64,000 nt of DNA, from assembly GCA_963764725.1 (NCBI GenBank), contig CAVXTM010000001.1:352001-416000 (forward strand). Reading direction: 5' to 3'. The notes below the pieces were generated by a model, which was not told the origin of the DNA, did no database searches, and saw nothing but the letters and a program-made list of their open reading frames with translations. A program made the position numbers and the translations under genes. The stretch comes from an uncultured Gammaproteobacteria bacterium (lineage in GTDB: Bacteria > Pseudomonadota > Gammaproteobacteria > JACCXJ01). Positions 1 to 10,837 of this stretch are shown here, one piece after another (the stretch's first letter is position 1; the number at the start of each line of letters is the position of its first letter).

Positions 1-407
1 CCCCCGTGTACGTGCAACCAATGGCCCGGGACCGGGGCTCCCGCGGTCGTTTAATGGCCACCTTCCGTGCGAACGTCGCGACGGATGCATGTAACACGGC
101 CGGCGTTTTAACTCTTTCCTCTAGTTCGATTATGAATTTGAGATTGTACAGCAATCGATCCCGCTAAACCTCATACGTCCGCTTAACCCCGATAGCCTAA
201 AGCGGGCTACAGTGAGCGCGCACTTTCAGTGACAAGTCGGCGTTCACAAGTCCGTGCGCAAGGTCGCGCGGCGCCACATCGAGGCTCAGAACCCCGTGGC
301 TGCCGCGGCGCACAAGATGCGTCTCGACCGGCCACATTCCCTCTAACCGCGACGGTGGCCTACGCCGAACCACCTAGGATGCGAACTACCGCAGCTAAGC
401 GTAGCGC

Positions 408-941
408 CTAGGGCACTGACGGCGTATTCGGTTCGTTCGGAGCCGCGCCGCGAATGAGTTCTTTCGCTTGCTCCAATTTCATACGGTCCCAGGCTGAGAT
501 GATGTCTTTCAAGCGCCCTACTGTACCGGCATCCATCTCCGTGAGATCACCCGACGCCGATTTTTGTGCAACGGTATCCTGTTCTGAACTCCGAGCCTCG
601 GCGGCAGTTGAATAGGCCGCCGCGGTCTCGGCCTCTTCCTCAGCCGAAACCTCAAGGGCAGTCGTGGCGGCGCGCCTAGACTCTGCCGCTTGAAATGCTT
701 GGCTTCGAAGCTCATCCCGTGTACTTTCCGGCACAACGACGGCAGTGTCGTCGATGGTCTTGCCTCTCTCAAAGACGAGTACGCGCGGCCCACCCTGCGG
801 ACTCCGATACCAGGTGGGGGGGTTCCCGGAAAGTTGCGTGTTCCCAGAGCTTGGGTTGATCCATTGATACATACGCGCCTGCGCGGGTATGACGACGCAT
901 AGTACGCCGGACAAAACAACGCATGCTGTTCGACTCTTCAT
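408..941 (-). CDS. Secreted hypothetical protein, DUF4124-like N-terminus
   Basis: Signal-peptide-like MKSRTACVVLSGVLCVVIPAQA then RMYQWINPSSGNTQLSGNPP; ATG 941 preferred over the ORF-track start at 1112. Confidence 0.6.
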   Translation of the reverse strand: MKSRTACVVLSGVLCVVIPAQARMYQWINPSSGNTQLSGNPPTWYRSPQGGPRVLVFERGKTIDDTAVVVPESTRDELRSQAFQAAESRRAATTALEVSAEEEAETAAAYSTAAEARSSEQDTVAQKSASGDLTEMDAGTVGRLKDIISAWDRMKLEQAKELIRGAAPNEPNTPSVP

Positions 942-1123
942 GTTCTCGACCCTGACCGCGGTTACCGCCAAGTATAGCACCAGTTTGCAATTTGCCCTTA
1001 TAAGTCCAGGCGTTGTTAACACAATGCCTTGACAGTGACCGATATCGATCTCAGGCCCATCGCCGCCGCTGAGGCAGCTGTCCCGCGTAAGCTCGTGATA
1101 GTATATACGCATGGCGGCCTACC

Positions 1124-1873
1124 ATGTCAGACTCGGCGTGGCACCTCGAGTTTAAGCAGCGCTTGATCGAGTGCCGGCGCTGTCCGCGCCTCGTCGCCTA
1201 CCGCGAACGGATCGCGCGCACCAAAGTCAAGCGCTTCCAAACAAGCGATTACTGGGGCCGGCCGGTACCGAGCTTCGGTGATCCTGACGCGCGCCTCTTG
1301 GTCATTGGACTCGCCCCTGCCGCACACGGTGGTAATAGGACTGGACGCATGTTCACCGGCGATCGCAGCGGCGATTGGCTTTATGACGCGCTTTACGGTG
1401 CGGGCTTCTCCAATCGGCCGACCTCAACGCACGCCAACGACGGCCTCGCGCTGCGCGACTGTTACATCACGGCCGCTATTCACTGCGCGCCGCCCGCAAA
1501 CAAACCCTTGGGCGAAGAATCCACTGCCTGCCGGCAGTACTTGTTGCAAGAGTTGCAACGTCTAGAAGAAGTACGCGCGGTCATCGTTCTCGGCCGCAGC
1601 GCGCTCAACGCTTATCTTAGCGCGCGCCGAGCGCTCGGGCTTCCGGTACCGTCACCCGTGCCGACGTTCGGCCATGCTCGCTACCACGGCATCGACGGCT
1701 TGACGCTCTTATGCTCCTACCACCCGAGCCAGCGAAACACTTTCACTGGGCGTCTCACCCGCGAGATGTTTCACCAAGTATTCCAGCGCGCACGCGCCGT
1801 GCTGGAAGTAGCGCCGCCGATCGGAAAAAGGGCGGGGCAAAACCCCGCCAAACACTCAACGCTGGGGGCTTAA
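1124..1873 (+). CDS. Uracil-DNA glycosylase, family 5 (UdgB-like, Fe-S)
   Basis: CRRCPRL Fe-S motif, GLAPAAHGGNRTGRMFTGD motif A, YHPSQRN motif B. Confidence 0.9.
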   Translation: MSDSAWHLEFKQRLIECRRCPRLVAYRERIARTKVKRFQTSDYWGRPVPSFGDPDARLLVIGLAPAAHGGNRTGRMFTGDRSGDWLYDALYGAGFSNRPTSTHANDGLALRDCYITAAIHCAPPANKPLGEESTACRQYLLQELQRLEEVRAVIVLGRSALNAYLSARRALGLPVPSPVPTFGHARYHGIDGLTLLCSYHPSQRNTFTGRLTREMFHQVFQRARAVLEVAPPIGKRAGQNPAKHSTLGA

Positions 1874-2319
1874 CCCTGCACGGCGATTTTGCGCGGTTGC
1901 GCGCGTTCGTGCTTCGGGATCACGATTTCAATAACACCATGCCGGCCGGTCGCTTCGATGTGCTCCGCATCCACGGTATCCGGCAGGCTAAAGCGGCGGT
2001 AGAACGTCCCGCAGGCTCGCTCCACACGCTTGTAACCCGCGCGCACCTCCTCATTGTCCAATGTGCGCTGACCTTTTACCGCCAGCACCCCATTGTCCAT
2101 CGTGATTTCGATGTCTTTCGGATCAATCCCCGGCAGATCGGCGGAGAGTACGAACCGCGTATCCTCTTCCTTGATATCCACGCCCGGCATCCAGGTATTG
2201 GTGACTGCATTCGAGTTGTCGGCGTTGTGGCCAGCGCCGAAACGCGACGTGAGCATGCGATTCATCTCATTTTGAACTTGTTTCAATACGCTCCAAGGCT
2301 CATAGCGTGTCACTAACAT
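1870..2319 (-). CDS. Hsp20/alpha-crystallin small heat-shock protein
   Basis: PGVDIKE, ADLPGIDPKDIEI, ERACGTFYRRFSLP, C-terminal PRKIAV. Confidence 0.95.
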   Translation of the reverse strand: MLVTRYEPWSVLKQVQNEMNRMLTSRFGAGHNADNSNAVTNTWMPGVDIKEEDTRFVLSADLPGIDPKDIEITMDNGVLAVKGQRTLDNEEVRAGYKRVERACGTFYRRFSLPDTVDAEHIEATGRHGVIEIVIPKHERAQPRKIAVQG

Positions 2320-2371
2320 AGTCTTTCTCCATCAAGCTTTCTTACCCGTCTTATGACGGCTTGGCGGAGAT

Positions 2372-2397
2372 ATATAGCCGCTCTTGGGTATTTCAAG
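2372..2397 (-). promoter_or_regulatory. Putative sigma32 (RpoH) promoter of hsp20
   Basis: Minus strand CTTGAAA-N13-CTATAT about 50 bp upstream of the hsp20 start. Confidence 0.55.
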
Positions 2398-2471
2398 GGC
2401 GACGCTCCCTGCTTTTCTCGATGAAGCGGGCGCGTCCGGCGCAGCCCAACGCAGAAGAATCCTGCGCTGGT

Positions 2472-3116
2472 TTAGAGCCAATAGGCCGTGGTGGTCATCA
2501 CTTTCGAGACGGCCGTCATGAGCATTTTGATGACTTCAGGCAGATCCGCGGCGCCGGTCTCGATGGCGACCGTGGCATGGTGTGCTTCATCCCTTTTCAT
2601 CCGCTGCAGGATCGCGCGGCTGCGGATGTCGGCTGGCGGTAACTTGTGTAGGTGCTCGTCCAAGTGCCGAACGACCTGGCGCTCGGTCTCGGCGATGAAT
2701 CCGAGGCTCCACCGGTCACCCGCGATACCGGCGATGGCACCGATCATAAACGACCCAAAATACCAAAACGGATTCAAAAAGCTCGTGCGTCCCCCAAGCT
2801 CACGCAGGCGATCTTCGCACCAATAGAGGTGATCGTTTTCTTCGCTGGCCGATTTCGCCATCGTCTCCCGTACTAGCGGATCGCGGGCAGCAAGCGACTG
2901 GCCATGGTACAAGGCCTGTGCAGCCACCTCGCCCGCGTGGTTTATGCGCATGAGTCCTTCCGAGCGGAGGCGGTGTTCTTTCGAGGAATCGATCTCGCGG
3001 AGGTCGGTGCATGGCACCGGCGCCCCCGAGCTATCCTGAGCGCTGAAGACGGTTCTAATCCCCTTATCGAGATTGATCAGGACGCTATCGAGGGAAGAGT
3101 ATATGCGGCCTTCCAT
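2472..3116 (-). CDS. coq7: Demethoxyubiquinone hydroxylase Coq7 (di-iron)
   Basis: MRINHAGEVAAQALY, EENDHL, SLGFIAETERQVVRHL, DEAHH. Confidence 0.95.
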   Translation of the reverse strand: MEGRIYSSLDSVLINLDKGIRTVFSAQDSSGAPVPCTDLREIDSSKEHRLRSEGLMRINHAGEVAAQALYHGQSLAARDPLVRETMAKSASEENDHLYWCEDRLRELGGRTSFLNPFWYFGSFMIGAIAGIAGDRWSLGFIAETERQVVRHLDEHLHKLPPADIRSRAILQRMKRDEAHHATVAIETGAADLPEVIKMLMTAVSKVMTTTAYWL

Positions 3117-3642
3117 TATTATCGAGAGCGGATGAGGCTCGCGGGGATTCTAACATAGACATCTCACGGTCTGGCATTCCGCGATTGATGAAAAACCCTT
3201 GACGCGTCGGCCGGGCAAGAGACGTTGCCCGAATCCGATGTATTGCAGCCGCATCAAGGGTCAGGAGGAAAGTTTAGGACGCGTTGACATTCGTGTGCGA
3301 GAACAACGACGCAGGAGGTAAAGCGCGAAGCAAGCGACAAAACCACGCGTGCCTATTCCCCCCCACCGATCGCAAGGCATTCAACGAACCTTTACCCTTG
3401 CGGGGCGTGCCCCCTGTGACCTCAACGGGGCTGCTAAACGGCGCCTCTCCATTGCCACTTGCTTCGCATAACCATCGCTGTTCGACCAACACGACTAAAT
3501 GAATGTCAACGCAAGGTAAGACTACGCGCGGCCGGTTACTAAAGTCTGTCGGTGGGAGTTCGAATTTCGCGTAGGTCAACGTATGGTAGGGGTCCGCGTT
3601 TGTCCTACGCCGCGCCCTTAATACGAAACCAAGGAAACACAG

Positions 3643-4275
3643 CTACGCGACCAAGCCGTGCTTCACGCAATAATAAGTTAACTCGGCGCTGGTCCGTAGA
3701 TGCAGTTTTTCAAGAATGCGCGCCCGGTAAGTGCTGACGGTCTTGACGCTGAGATGCATCAGTTCCGCGATCTCGCTTACGGTATTTCCAGCGGCGATCA
3801 GGCACATAACCCGGTACTCCTGTTGCGACAAGCGCTCGTGGGGCGCTGCTTCAACACCACCGGAGATCTGGGTAACAAGCCGTTCCGCCAAAGATTGCGT
3901 GACATAGCGGCCCCCAGCGAGAACCCGCTTAACTGCCGTCACCAACTCCTCGGGAGCCCGATCTTTGGTGAGATAGCCCGCGGCGCCGGCTTTGAGCGCG
4001 CGCACCGCAAACTGCTCCTCGGCGTGCATGCTGAGCACAAACACCGGGACCGCCGGGAGCGCCCGCTTGACCCGCACCAGGGTTTCCAATCCGTCACCTC
4101 CCGGCATGGATACGTCGAGCAGCACCAGATCCCAGAGCCCGGTTCGCACGAGCTGTTCGACCTCCAGGCCGGTGGCGGCCTCCCCAACATCTAAATCCGG
4201 GAACGCCTCCCGCAGCAGGTCACGGATCCCGCGACGCATCAAAGGATGGTCATCGGCGATCAGAAACTTTAGCAT
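3643..4275 (-). CDS. NarL/FixJ-family response regulator (REC + LuxR HTH)
   Basis: ADDHPLMR, LLDVSMPG, LSVKTVSTYRARILEKL. Confidence 0.95.
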   Translation of the reverse strand: MLKFLIADDHPLMRRGIRDLLREAFPDLDVGEAATGLEVEQLVRTGLWDLVLLDVSMPGGDGLETLVRVKRALPAVPVFVLSMHAEEQFAVRALKAGAAGYLTKDRAPEELVTAVKRVLAGGRYVTQSLAERLVTQISGGVEAAPHERLSQQEYRVMCLIAAGNTVSEIAELMHLSVKTVSTYRARILEKLHLRTSAELTYYCVKHGLVA

Positions 4276-4373
4276 CGCTGCTCATCCCAAGCACGGTGCG
4301 CCGGCCGCGGGCTGTGGGCGTGGCGTTGGCGGATTAATAAAGGGGGCTAGCATTCGTTTGAAGGCCGCTGCCG

Positions 4374-5735
4374 CTAAGGCGAGGGTCTAATTGGAAAGGT
4401 AACGGTTAATGTCGTCCCTGGCGGACCGCCGATGGTTAGCATCCCGCCGAGCTCCCGGGCCCGCTCCTCGATCCCGAGCAGCCCGAGTGAGCCCCGGGGC
4501 TCGCGTTCAGAGGGTTCAATCCCGCGCCCGTCGTCCCGGACCTCGAGTCGCGCAATGCCCTGTGAGTGGTCCATCTGCAGCCAGACGCCTCGCGCCTGGG
4601 CATGGCGGGCGACGTTGGTTAGGGCTTCCTGGGCAATGCGATAGAGCGCGGTGGCTTGGGCGGGAGTCAAATCGACCGACGCATCCAAGCTCGGCTCGAC
4701 GCCGATCCCCGTGCGTTCGTTGAACTGCCGGAGCAGGAGATCGAGGGCCGGAACTAGGCCGAGGTTATCGAGCACCGCCGGTCGCAGCTCGGTGGCGACG
4801 CGGCGCACCAGGCTCACGGTCGCGGCGACGTGCCGGGACATGGCGTTGAGACGTTCCGCTATCCGTTGGTCACTGGCCTCGTGATCGTCGACCCGGCGCT
4901 GTATCCAGGCGATGTCCATCTTGATCCCGGTCAGCGACTGTCCAAGCTGGTCGTGGAGTTCGCGCGCGATTTGAGTACGTTCTTCCTCGCGGCTGAGATT
5001 GAGATACTGCACGAGCTTGCGCAGTTGCGCCCGAGATGCGGCGAGCGTCCGCTGGGTGCGCCGCCGCTCGACGATATCGAGGGCGATGCATACCGCGCCC
5101 TGCAGGCTGCCGTCGCGAGCGCGCAAGGGAGCAGCCGAGAACAATACCGGGATGCGTTGTCCATCTCGGCGATAATAATAGGTCTCCTGTTCGGTTTCGC
5201 CGGTAAACAGAAACTCCAGTGTGAGCGCGGTATCGTTTAAGCCCAGGACGCGCTGAATCGAAGAGCCCGTCAAATCGCGCTCCGGATAGCCCAAGAGCGA
5301 GCAGCTTGCGGGATTGACCGTTTCGATGATGCCCGTGGGCGAGACTACGATCAGCGACTCGGGCAGGGAGCGGATCACATTTTCGAGATAAGTCCGGGAG
5401 AGGGTGTTGCGTTCGAGAACCTCGGCCATCTGATTAAACGCGATAGCCAACCGCCCGAGCTCGTCGTCGGACTCCGGTAGGACCCGTCGTGACAAGTCGC
5501 CGGCTGCCAGCGCCTGCATCGCGGCGAGGAGCGAGCGTACCGGCCGGGTCACGCCGCGCAGGGTCAGGAATACAACGGCAACGCCGGCCAGCAACGCGCA
5601 GAGGTGCAGGCCCGAACCCAGCGCGTTGAACTCACGGGCGCGCCAGTAGACGATAAGGTCGCTCATCAGGAATAGGGCGATGATGGCGCCCATTCCGAGC
5701 GCCAGTCTTCTTACGATGGTCCAACGCATCGTCAT
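4374..5735 (-). CDS. Sensor histidine kinase (2TM-HAMP-PAS-HisKA_3-HATPase)
   Basis: DDELGRLAIAFNQM (HAMP), EEERTQIARELHDQLGQ H-box, QEALTNVARH, DDGRG. Confidence 0.93.
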   Translation of the reverse strand: MTMRWTIVRRLALGMGAIIALFLMSDLIVYWRAREFNALGSGLHLCALLAGVAVVFLTLRGVTRPVRSLLAAMQALAAGDLSRRVLPESDDELGRLAIAFNQMAEVLERNTLSRTYLENVIRSLPESLIVVSPTGIIETVNPASCSLLGYPERDLTGSSIQRVLGLNDTALTLEFLFTGETEQETYYYRRDGQRIPVLFSAAPLRARDGSLQGAVCIALDIVERRRTQRTLAASRAQLRKLVQYLNLSREEERTQIARELHDQLGQSLTGIKMDIAWIQRRVDDHEASDQRIAERLNAMSRHVAATVSLVRRVATELRPAVLDNLGLVPALDLLLRQFNERTGIGVEPSLDASVDLTPAQATALYRIAQEALTNVARHAQARGVWLQMDHSQGIARLEVRDDGRGIEPSEREPRGSLGLLGIEERARELGGMLTIGGPPGTTLTVTFPIRPSP

Positions 5736-5789
5736 GCCCGTTGCAGCCTGCCCGTTCTTGTCCTCTCGACTATCGCAAGCTCATTGTTA

Positions 5790-5818
5790 TTGACAGCAAC
5801 AAAAGCAAAAACTACGAT
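5790..5818 (+). promoter_or_regulatory. sigma70 promoter of rplM-rpsI
   Basis: TTGACA (5790-5795), 17 bp spacer, TACGAT (5813-5818). Confidence 0.7.
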
Positions 5819-5844
5819 TGATTTCTTTTGAAAGCAATAAACTT

Positions 5845-6273
5845 ATGAAGACCTTTAGCGCTACGCCTTCGGACATAGAACGCAATTGGTACGTCGTCGA
5901 CGCCCAGGGCAAGGTGTTGGGGCGTCTTGCAAGCGAGATTGCCAAACGGCTGCGAGGTAAGCATAAACCCATATTCACACCGCACATGGACACCGGCGAC
6001 TACATCATTTTAGTCAATGCCGAAAAGATACAGGTCACGAGAAACAAACCCCAGGCAAAGATCTACTACAACCATTCCGGTTACACCGGTGGTCTCAAGT
6101 CGACGAGCTTCGACAAGCTCCTCCGGCTGGCACCGCACCGTGTCATTGAGCGCGCGGTCAAGGGCATGCTCCCGAAGGGCCCGCTCGGACGCGAGATGTT
6201 TCGCAAACTGAAAGTGTACCCGGGTCCGAAGCACAAGCACAGCGCTCAGCAACCTCTAATCTTGGAACTATAG
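5845..6273 (+). CDS. rplM: 50S ribosomal protein L13
   Basis: [38 protein letters not shown]; ATG at 5845. Confidence 0.99.
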   Translation: MKTFSATPSDIERNWYVVDAQGKVLGRLASEIAKRLRGKHKPIFTPHMDTGDYIILVNAEKIQVTRNKPQAKIYYNHSGYTGGLKSTSFDKLLRLAPHRVIERAVKGMLPKGPLGREMFRKLKVYPGPKHKHSAQQPLILEL

Positions 6274-6275
6274 CG

Positions 6276-6668
6276 ATGTCAGCTCAGATGTATCGCGGCA
6301 CCGGCCGCCGCAAAAGCGCGACCGCGCGAGTATTCGTTAAGCCCGGCGACGGGCAGATTACAATCAACAAGCGTAGCTTGGACAATTATTTTGGGCGCGA
6401 AACGTCGCGCATGATCGTCCGCCAACCGTTGCAAACGGCGAAGTTGGACGGGAAATTCGACCTCTTCATTACCGTGAAAGGCGGCGGCTCGTCGGGGCAA
6501 GCAGGGGCGATTCGCCATGGCATCACACGAGCGCTCATCGAATACGACGATAACCTCAAGAGTCCCCTGCGCCGTGCTGGTTTCGTCACCCGCGATGCGC
6601 GCGAGGTCGAGCGCAAAAAGGTTGGGCTGCATAAGGCGCGTAAACGGCCGCAGTACTCGAAGCGTTAA
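6276..6668 (+). CDS. rpsI: 30S ribosomal protein S9
   Basis: [39 protein letters not shown]. Confidence 0.99.
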   Translation: MSAQMYRGTGRRKSATARVFVKPGDGQITINKRSLDNYFGRETSRMIVRQPLQTAKLDGKFDLFITVKGGGSSGQAGAIRHGITRALIEYDDNLKSPLRRAGFVTRDAREVERKKVGLHKARKRPQYSKR

Positions 6669-6685
6669 GCTCCGGGGCTCCCCCC

Positions 6686-6759
6686 TGGGGGATCGTCTAG
6701 CGGTAGGACTACGGACTCTGACTCCGTCAACCTAGGTTCGAATCCTAGTCCCCCAGCCA
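6686..6759 (+). tRNA. tRNA-Gln (anticodon CTG)
   Basis: TGGGGGA...TCCCCCA-GCCA acceptor with encoded CCA, anticodon arm ACGGA-CTCTGAC-TCCGT, GGTTCGAATCC T-loop. Confidence 0.97.
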
Positions 6760-7022
6760 AACATTCTGACGGCGAATCCAAGCGACCTTCGCGGCGAACA
6801 GTTGCGCGAGCACTGATAAAAACACCCTCGCATCCCTTCGAGGGTGTACAGTGCCGGATCGCGGGGAGGGGGGATCGGACCCGGCGCCTGCCCGAGATGT
6901 ATCGGCAGAATGCGGTGGACATTTACTGCTGCGCCATAGCCAACCGCGGCGTTGCTGAAAATCGCTAGCCGATGAGGTACAGTTGCGCCCTCATTGCGTC
7001 AAGTGGTGATAGGAAACCAGCA

Positions 7023-7700
7023 TTGCCCGAGTATTTCATTGCGCCGTCCATCCTCGCCGCGGACTTAGCTCGACTCGGAGAGGAGACTGTCCGCATCATT
7101 GATGCCGGCGCCGATCTTATTCATTTCGACGTGATGGATAATCACTTCGTACCCAATCTAAGCTTCGGGCCGTCCGTCTGTAAAGCCCTTCGAGGCTACG
7201 GCATTAGCGCACCTATCGACGTCCATCTCATGGTTAGCCCCGTGGACAGCATCGTCCCCGCCTTCGCAAAGGCCGGCGCGAACTATATCACCTTCCATCC
7301 CGAAGCGAGCGAGGATGTGCAGCGCACGTTACACCTGATACATAAAGTCGGTTGCAAAGCCGGAGTTGTACTCAATCCCGCGACCCCCCTTGCTGTCCTC
7401 GCGCCGGTTCTCGATAACATCGAAATGGTACTGCTGATGTCCGTTAATCCGGGCTTCGGCGGACAGAAGTTTATCGAAGCAATCTATGCCAAAATCAGCG
7501 CGGCGCGTTCCGTTATCAATGCGTGTGGTCGGCCGATCCGTCTCGAGGTGGACGGCGGGATTAAGGTTTCGAATATCGGAAAAATCGCGGCCGCCGGCGC
7601 CGATACCTTCGTCGCGGGAACCGCCATATTCGGGAGCAATGACTATAGCACCACGATACAGACCATGCGCGCGGAGCTGGCGATGACGGCTCAGGTGTAG
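7023..7700 (+). CDS. rpe: Ribulose-phosphate 3-epimerase
   Basis: [40 protein letters not shown]; TTG 7023 likely start (ORF track starts at 6972). Confidence 0.96.
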   Translation: MPEYFIAPSILAADLARLGEETVRIIDAGADLIHFDVMDNHFVPNLSFGPSVCKALRGYGISAPIDVHLMVSPVDSIVPAFAKAGANYITFHPEASEDVQRTLHLIHKVGCKAGVVLNPATPLAVLAPVLDNIEMVLLMSVNPGFGGQKFIEAIYAKISAARSVINACGRPIRLEVDGGIKVSNIGKIAAAGADTFVAGTAIFGSNDYSTTIQTMRAELAMTAQV

Positions 7701-8374
7701 TGCGGATGTCTTTGCCCAAACCAGAACTGGTGGTGCTGGATCTCGACGGTACGCTGGTCGATAGCGCCCCCGACCTCGCTTACAGCATCGACACGATGCT
7801 GATCCAGTTGGGACTGCGGCCGCAAGGCGAGGATCGGGTAAGGACCTGGATCGGGAGCGGGGCGGAACGCTTGGTTAAACGCGCTCTCACGGAAGATCTC
7901 TATGCCGAACCCGAGGAAGCACTTTTCGAAACTGCTGTTGCGCTCTTCTCGGATATTTATGGTCAGAACACATGCCGGCGAAGCCACCTGTACCCAGGCG
8001 TCCGCGAAGGGCTCGATTATCTCCTCGCAACGAATCGCAAGCTTGGCTGTGTCACCAATAAACGCGAGCGGTTCACACGACCACTTCTGAAATCATTGGG
8101 GATCTTCGAGAAGTTCGCGGTCGTGGTTGCCGGCGACAACTTGGCCGCCAAGAAACCCGACCCACTGCCCCTTTTACACGTCGCGAGCGCAACCGGGGTC
8201 GTCGCGGAAAGAAGTCTAATGGTCGGGGATTCGGTCAACGACGTAACAGCCGCCCGTGCCGCCGGGTTTTCGGTGGTCTGCGTGCGCTACGGATACAATA
8301 ACGGCGAAGACATTGCGGACACTCGACCCGATGCCATCGTTGAGTCGCTGGCCGAGCTCGTAACTTTGATCTAA
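7700..8374 (+). CDS. gph: Phosphoglycolate phosphatase (HAD)
   Basis: DLDGTLVDS, KKPDP, MVGDSVND; lies between rpe and trpE. Confidence 0.93.
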   Translation: MRMSLPKPELVVLDLDGTLVDSAPDLAYSIDTMLIQLGLRPQGEDRVRTWIGSGAERLVKRALTEDLYAEPEEALFETAVALFSDIYGQNTCRRSHLYPGVREGLDYLLATNRKLGCVTNKRERFTRPLLKSLGIFEKFAVVVAGDNLAAKKPDPLPLLHVASATGVVAERSLMVGDSVNDVTAARAAGFSVVCVRYGYNNGEDIADTRPDAIVESLAELVTLI

Positions 8375-8392
8375 CGGCGCTCGCGAAGGACG

Positions 8393-9889
8393 ATGGATCC
8401 CAACGATTTTATCCGTTTAGCAAAGGACGGCTATACGCGGATCCCCGTCATGCGAGAGATCCTCGCGGATCTGGATACCCCGCTCAGCGCTTACTTTAAG
8501 CTCGGAGATAGACCGCATTCCTATCTATTTGAATCCGTGCAAGGCGGCGAACAATGGGGCCGTTACTCCTTCATCGGGCTGCAGGCGCGGACGGTAGTGC
8601 GCGTGAATGGCCATGGAGTGAAGGTGGAAACGGACGGCGAAGTAGTCGAGCAGACGATCACTGCAGACCCCCTGGGATGGATTGACCGATTTCGCGCGCG
8701 CTTTCGCGTTCCGCGAGTCCATGGCCTACCGCGATTCAGCGGCGGGCTTGTCGGCTACTTCGGCTATGACACCGTCCGTTATGTCGAGCAGCGCATCGGT
8801 AACACGCGCAACCCCGATCCGCTCGATTGCCCGGATGTATTCTTGATGGTATCCGAGGAGATTTTAGTTTTTGATAACCTGCGCGGCAAACTCTCTCTGA
8901 TCGTTCATGCCGATCCATCGCAACCGCTCGCCCTCGAACGCGCGCAAGAACGCATCGATGAACTCGTCCGCGGTTTAAACGGTAGACACATGATTTCGAG
9001 CCTTCCAGCAGCGCCAAGAACCGTGCTCGAAGGGGATTTTCTTTCAAGCTTTGAACGCGATAAATTTGAGGCCGCTGTCCATCGCATCAAGGACTATATC
9101 CTCGAAGGTGACGTGATGCAGGTGGTCTTGTCTCAGCGCCTGTCGGTGCCTTTTCACGCCCGCGCCACTGATCTCTACCGCGCACTGCGGTGCCTCAATC
9201 CTTCTCCCTACCTCTATTATTTGAACCTGGGCGATTTCTTTATTGTCGGATCCTCGCCAGAGATCCTTGTGCGCTTAGATGAGGATATCGTTACGGTCCG
9301 GCCGATTGCCGGGACCCGGCGCCGCGGCCGCGATTCAGAGGAAGATCTCGCGCTCGAGCAGGAGCTCTTGCGCGATCCCAAGGAGCTTGCGGAGCACCTC
9401 ATGCTCATCGACCTCGGGCGCAATGATATCGGACGAGTGGCGCGGATCGGGACCGTGCAGGTCACGGATCGAATGCTAATCGAACGCTACTCGCACGTCA
9501 TGCATATCGTATCAAACGTCACGGGCCGGCTTGACAACCACGAAAGCCCCATTGACGTACTGCGGGCGACCTTTCCTGCCGGCACCGTGAGCGGCGCACC
9601 CAAGGTACGGGCGATGGAAATCATCGACGAGCTAGAACCGGTAAAGCGCGGGGTCTATGCGGGGGCCGTCGGCTACCTATCCTGGAGCGGTAACATGGAT
9701 CTAGCGATCGCGATACGTACAGCATTAATCAAAAACGGCATGTTGCACGTCCAGGCCGGTGCTGGAATTGTCGCTGATTCGCAACCGGCCCTGGAATGGA
9801 AGGAAACCCTCAATAAAGGCCGCGCCATTTTTCGCGCGGTGGCGATGGCGGAAGCGGGCCTCAACGGAACAAGAACTGGGAAATCATGA
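8393..9889 (+). CDS. trpE: Anthranilate synthase component I
   Basis: [51 protein letters not shown]. Confidence 0.97.
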   Translation: MDPNDFIRLAKDGYTRIPVMREILADLDTPLSAYFKLGDRPHSYLFESVQGGEQWGRYSFIGLQARTVVRVNGHGVKVETDGEVVEQTITADPLGWIDRFRARFRVPRVHGLPRFSGGLVGYFGYDTVRYVEQRIGNTRNPDPLDCPDVFLMVSEEILVFDNLRGKLSLIVHADPSQPLALERAQERIDELVRGLNGRHMISSLPAAPRTVLEGDFLSSFERDKFEAAVHRIKDYILEGDVMQVVLSQRLSVPFHARATDLYRALRCLNPSPYLYYLNLGDFFIVGSSPEILVRLDEDIVTVRPIAGTRRRGRDSEEDLALEQELLRDPKELAEHLMLIDLGRNDIGRVARIGTVQVTDRMLIERYSHVMHIVSNVTGRLDNHESPIDVLRATFPAGTVSGAPKVRAMEIIDELEPVKRGVYAGAVGYLSWSGNMDLAIAIRTALIKNGMLHVQAGAGIVADSQPALEWKETLNKGRAIFRAVAMAEAGLNGTRTGKS

Positions 9890-9914
9890 GGTGGGGGTCG
9901 TTCGGGCAACGACC

Positions 9915-9949
9915 AAAAAAATCGGGAGACCGGTTGCCCGGCCTCCCGA
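9915..9949 (-). terminator. Rho-independent terminator on the minus strand
   Basis: TCGGGAGGCCGG-GCAA-CCGGTCTCCCGA followed by T7 on the minus strand (A-run at 9915-9921 on plus). Confidence 0.8.
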
Positions 9950-9980
9950 CACAGGAGATATTCAAAACTACGAGGCTGGG
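9915..9980 (-). ncRNA. Candidate ~65-nt small regulatory RNA
   Basis: -10 TATTAT at 9992-9987, no ORF, TCTCCT segment, own terminator; no minus-strand gene upstream that would use this terminator. Confidence 0.45.
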
Positions 9981-10159
9981 AACAAGATAATACGCCCGCC
10001 CTTTCCTTTAGATTAACGATTGATTAAATTTTTGTAATCTTGCCCCCGGACCTAACGCATTCTCGCCAAAAGGTTGGCAACCTACATCAACACCATGCAT
10101 TAGCGCCCTTAACTAACGGGCTTCGCAATCATACAACCAAACGCCGAGCTATTCTTGCT

Positions 10160-10837
10160 ATGCGTATTCTCCTCATCGAAGACGATCGCGACACCGCGGC
10201 GTACCTGACGAAAGGCTTACGCGAAGGCGGCTATACCATCGAACACGCATCCGAGGGGCGCGACGGACTGTTCTTGGCGACGAGCGAAGACTTCGATTTG
10301 CTGATTGTCGACCGTATGCTCCCGGGTTTAAACGGTCTCGCGGTAATTGAAGCACTGCGGGCACAAGGAAATAAGGTGCCCGTCCTCATCCTCAGCGCGC
10401 TAGCGCAGATCGATGACCGTGTGCGCGGCTTGCGGGCGGGCGGGGATGATTACATGACCAAACCGTATGCGTTTTCGGAATTGCTCGCGCGCATCGAGGC
10501 GCTGCTAAGGCGCGGTCACTCCGCGGCACCTACGACCAAGCTGGGATTCGCGAACTTGGAAATGGATTTGCTGACGCGCACCGTCACGCGCGCTGGTCGC
10601 AGGATCGATCTACAAGCGCGGGAATTTCGCCTCCTCGAGTATTTGCTGCGTCACGCGGGTCAGGTCGTGACACGAACGATGCTCTTGGATGGCGTCTGGG
10701 ACTACCACTTCGATCCGCAAACAAACGTGATTGACGTGCATATCAGCCGCCTGCGCCAAAAAATAGATAAAGGCTTCGCGACACCGCTGTTGCACACGAT
10801 CCGGGGCGCGGGTTATTCCTTGCGTGAAGACACTTAG
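10160..10837 (+). CDS. OmpR-family response regulator
   Basis: MRILLIEDD, DRMLPG, DDYMTKP, WDYHFDPQTNVIDVHISRLR, TIRGAGY. Confidence 0.95.
   Translation: MRILLIEDDRDTAAYLTKGLREGGYTIEHASEGRDGLFLATSEDFDLLIVDRMLPGLNGLAVIEALRAQGNKVPVLILSALAQIDDRVRGLRAGGDDYMTKPYAFSELLARIEALLRRGHSAAPTTKLGFANLEMDLLTRTVTRAGRRIDLQAREFRLLEYLLRHAGQVVTRTMLLDGVWDYHFDPQTNVIDVHISRLRQKIDKGFATPLLHTIRGAGYSLREDT

Noticed and set aside
1-407. Window-start sequence and 60-aa ORF 229..411
   Set aside because: No recognisable motif or RBS; context is cut by the window edge
3117-3642. Long intergenic region between coq7 and the NarL-type regulator, examined for riboswitch, sRNA or small ORF
   Set aside because: No aptamer motif, terminator or convincing ORF recognised; an Rfam scan would be needed
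6760-7022. Possible island insertion at the tRNA-Gln 3' end
   Set aside because: No integrase nearby and no duplicate of the tRNA 3' end noticed in the window
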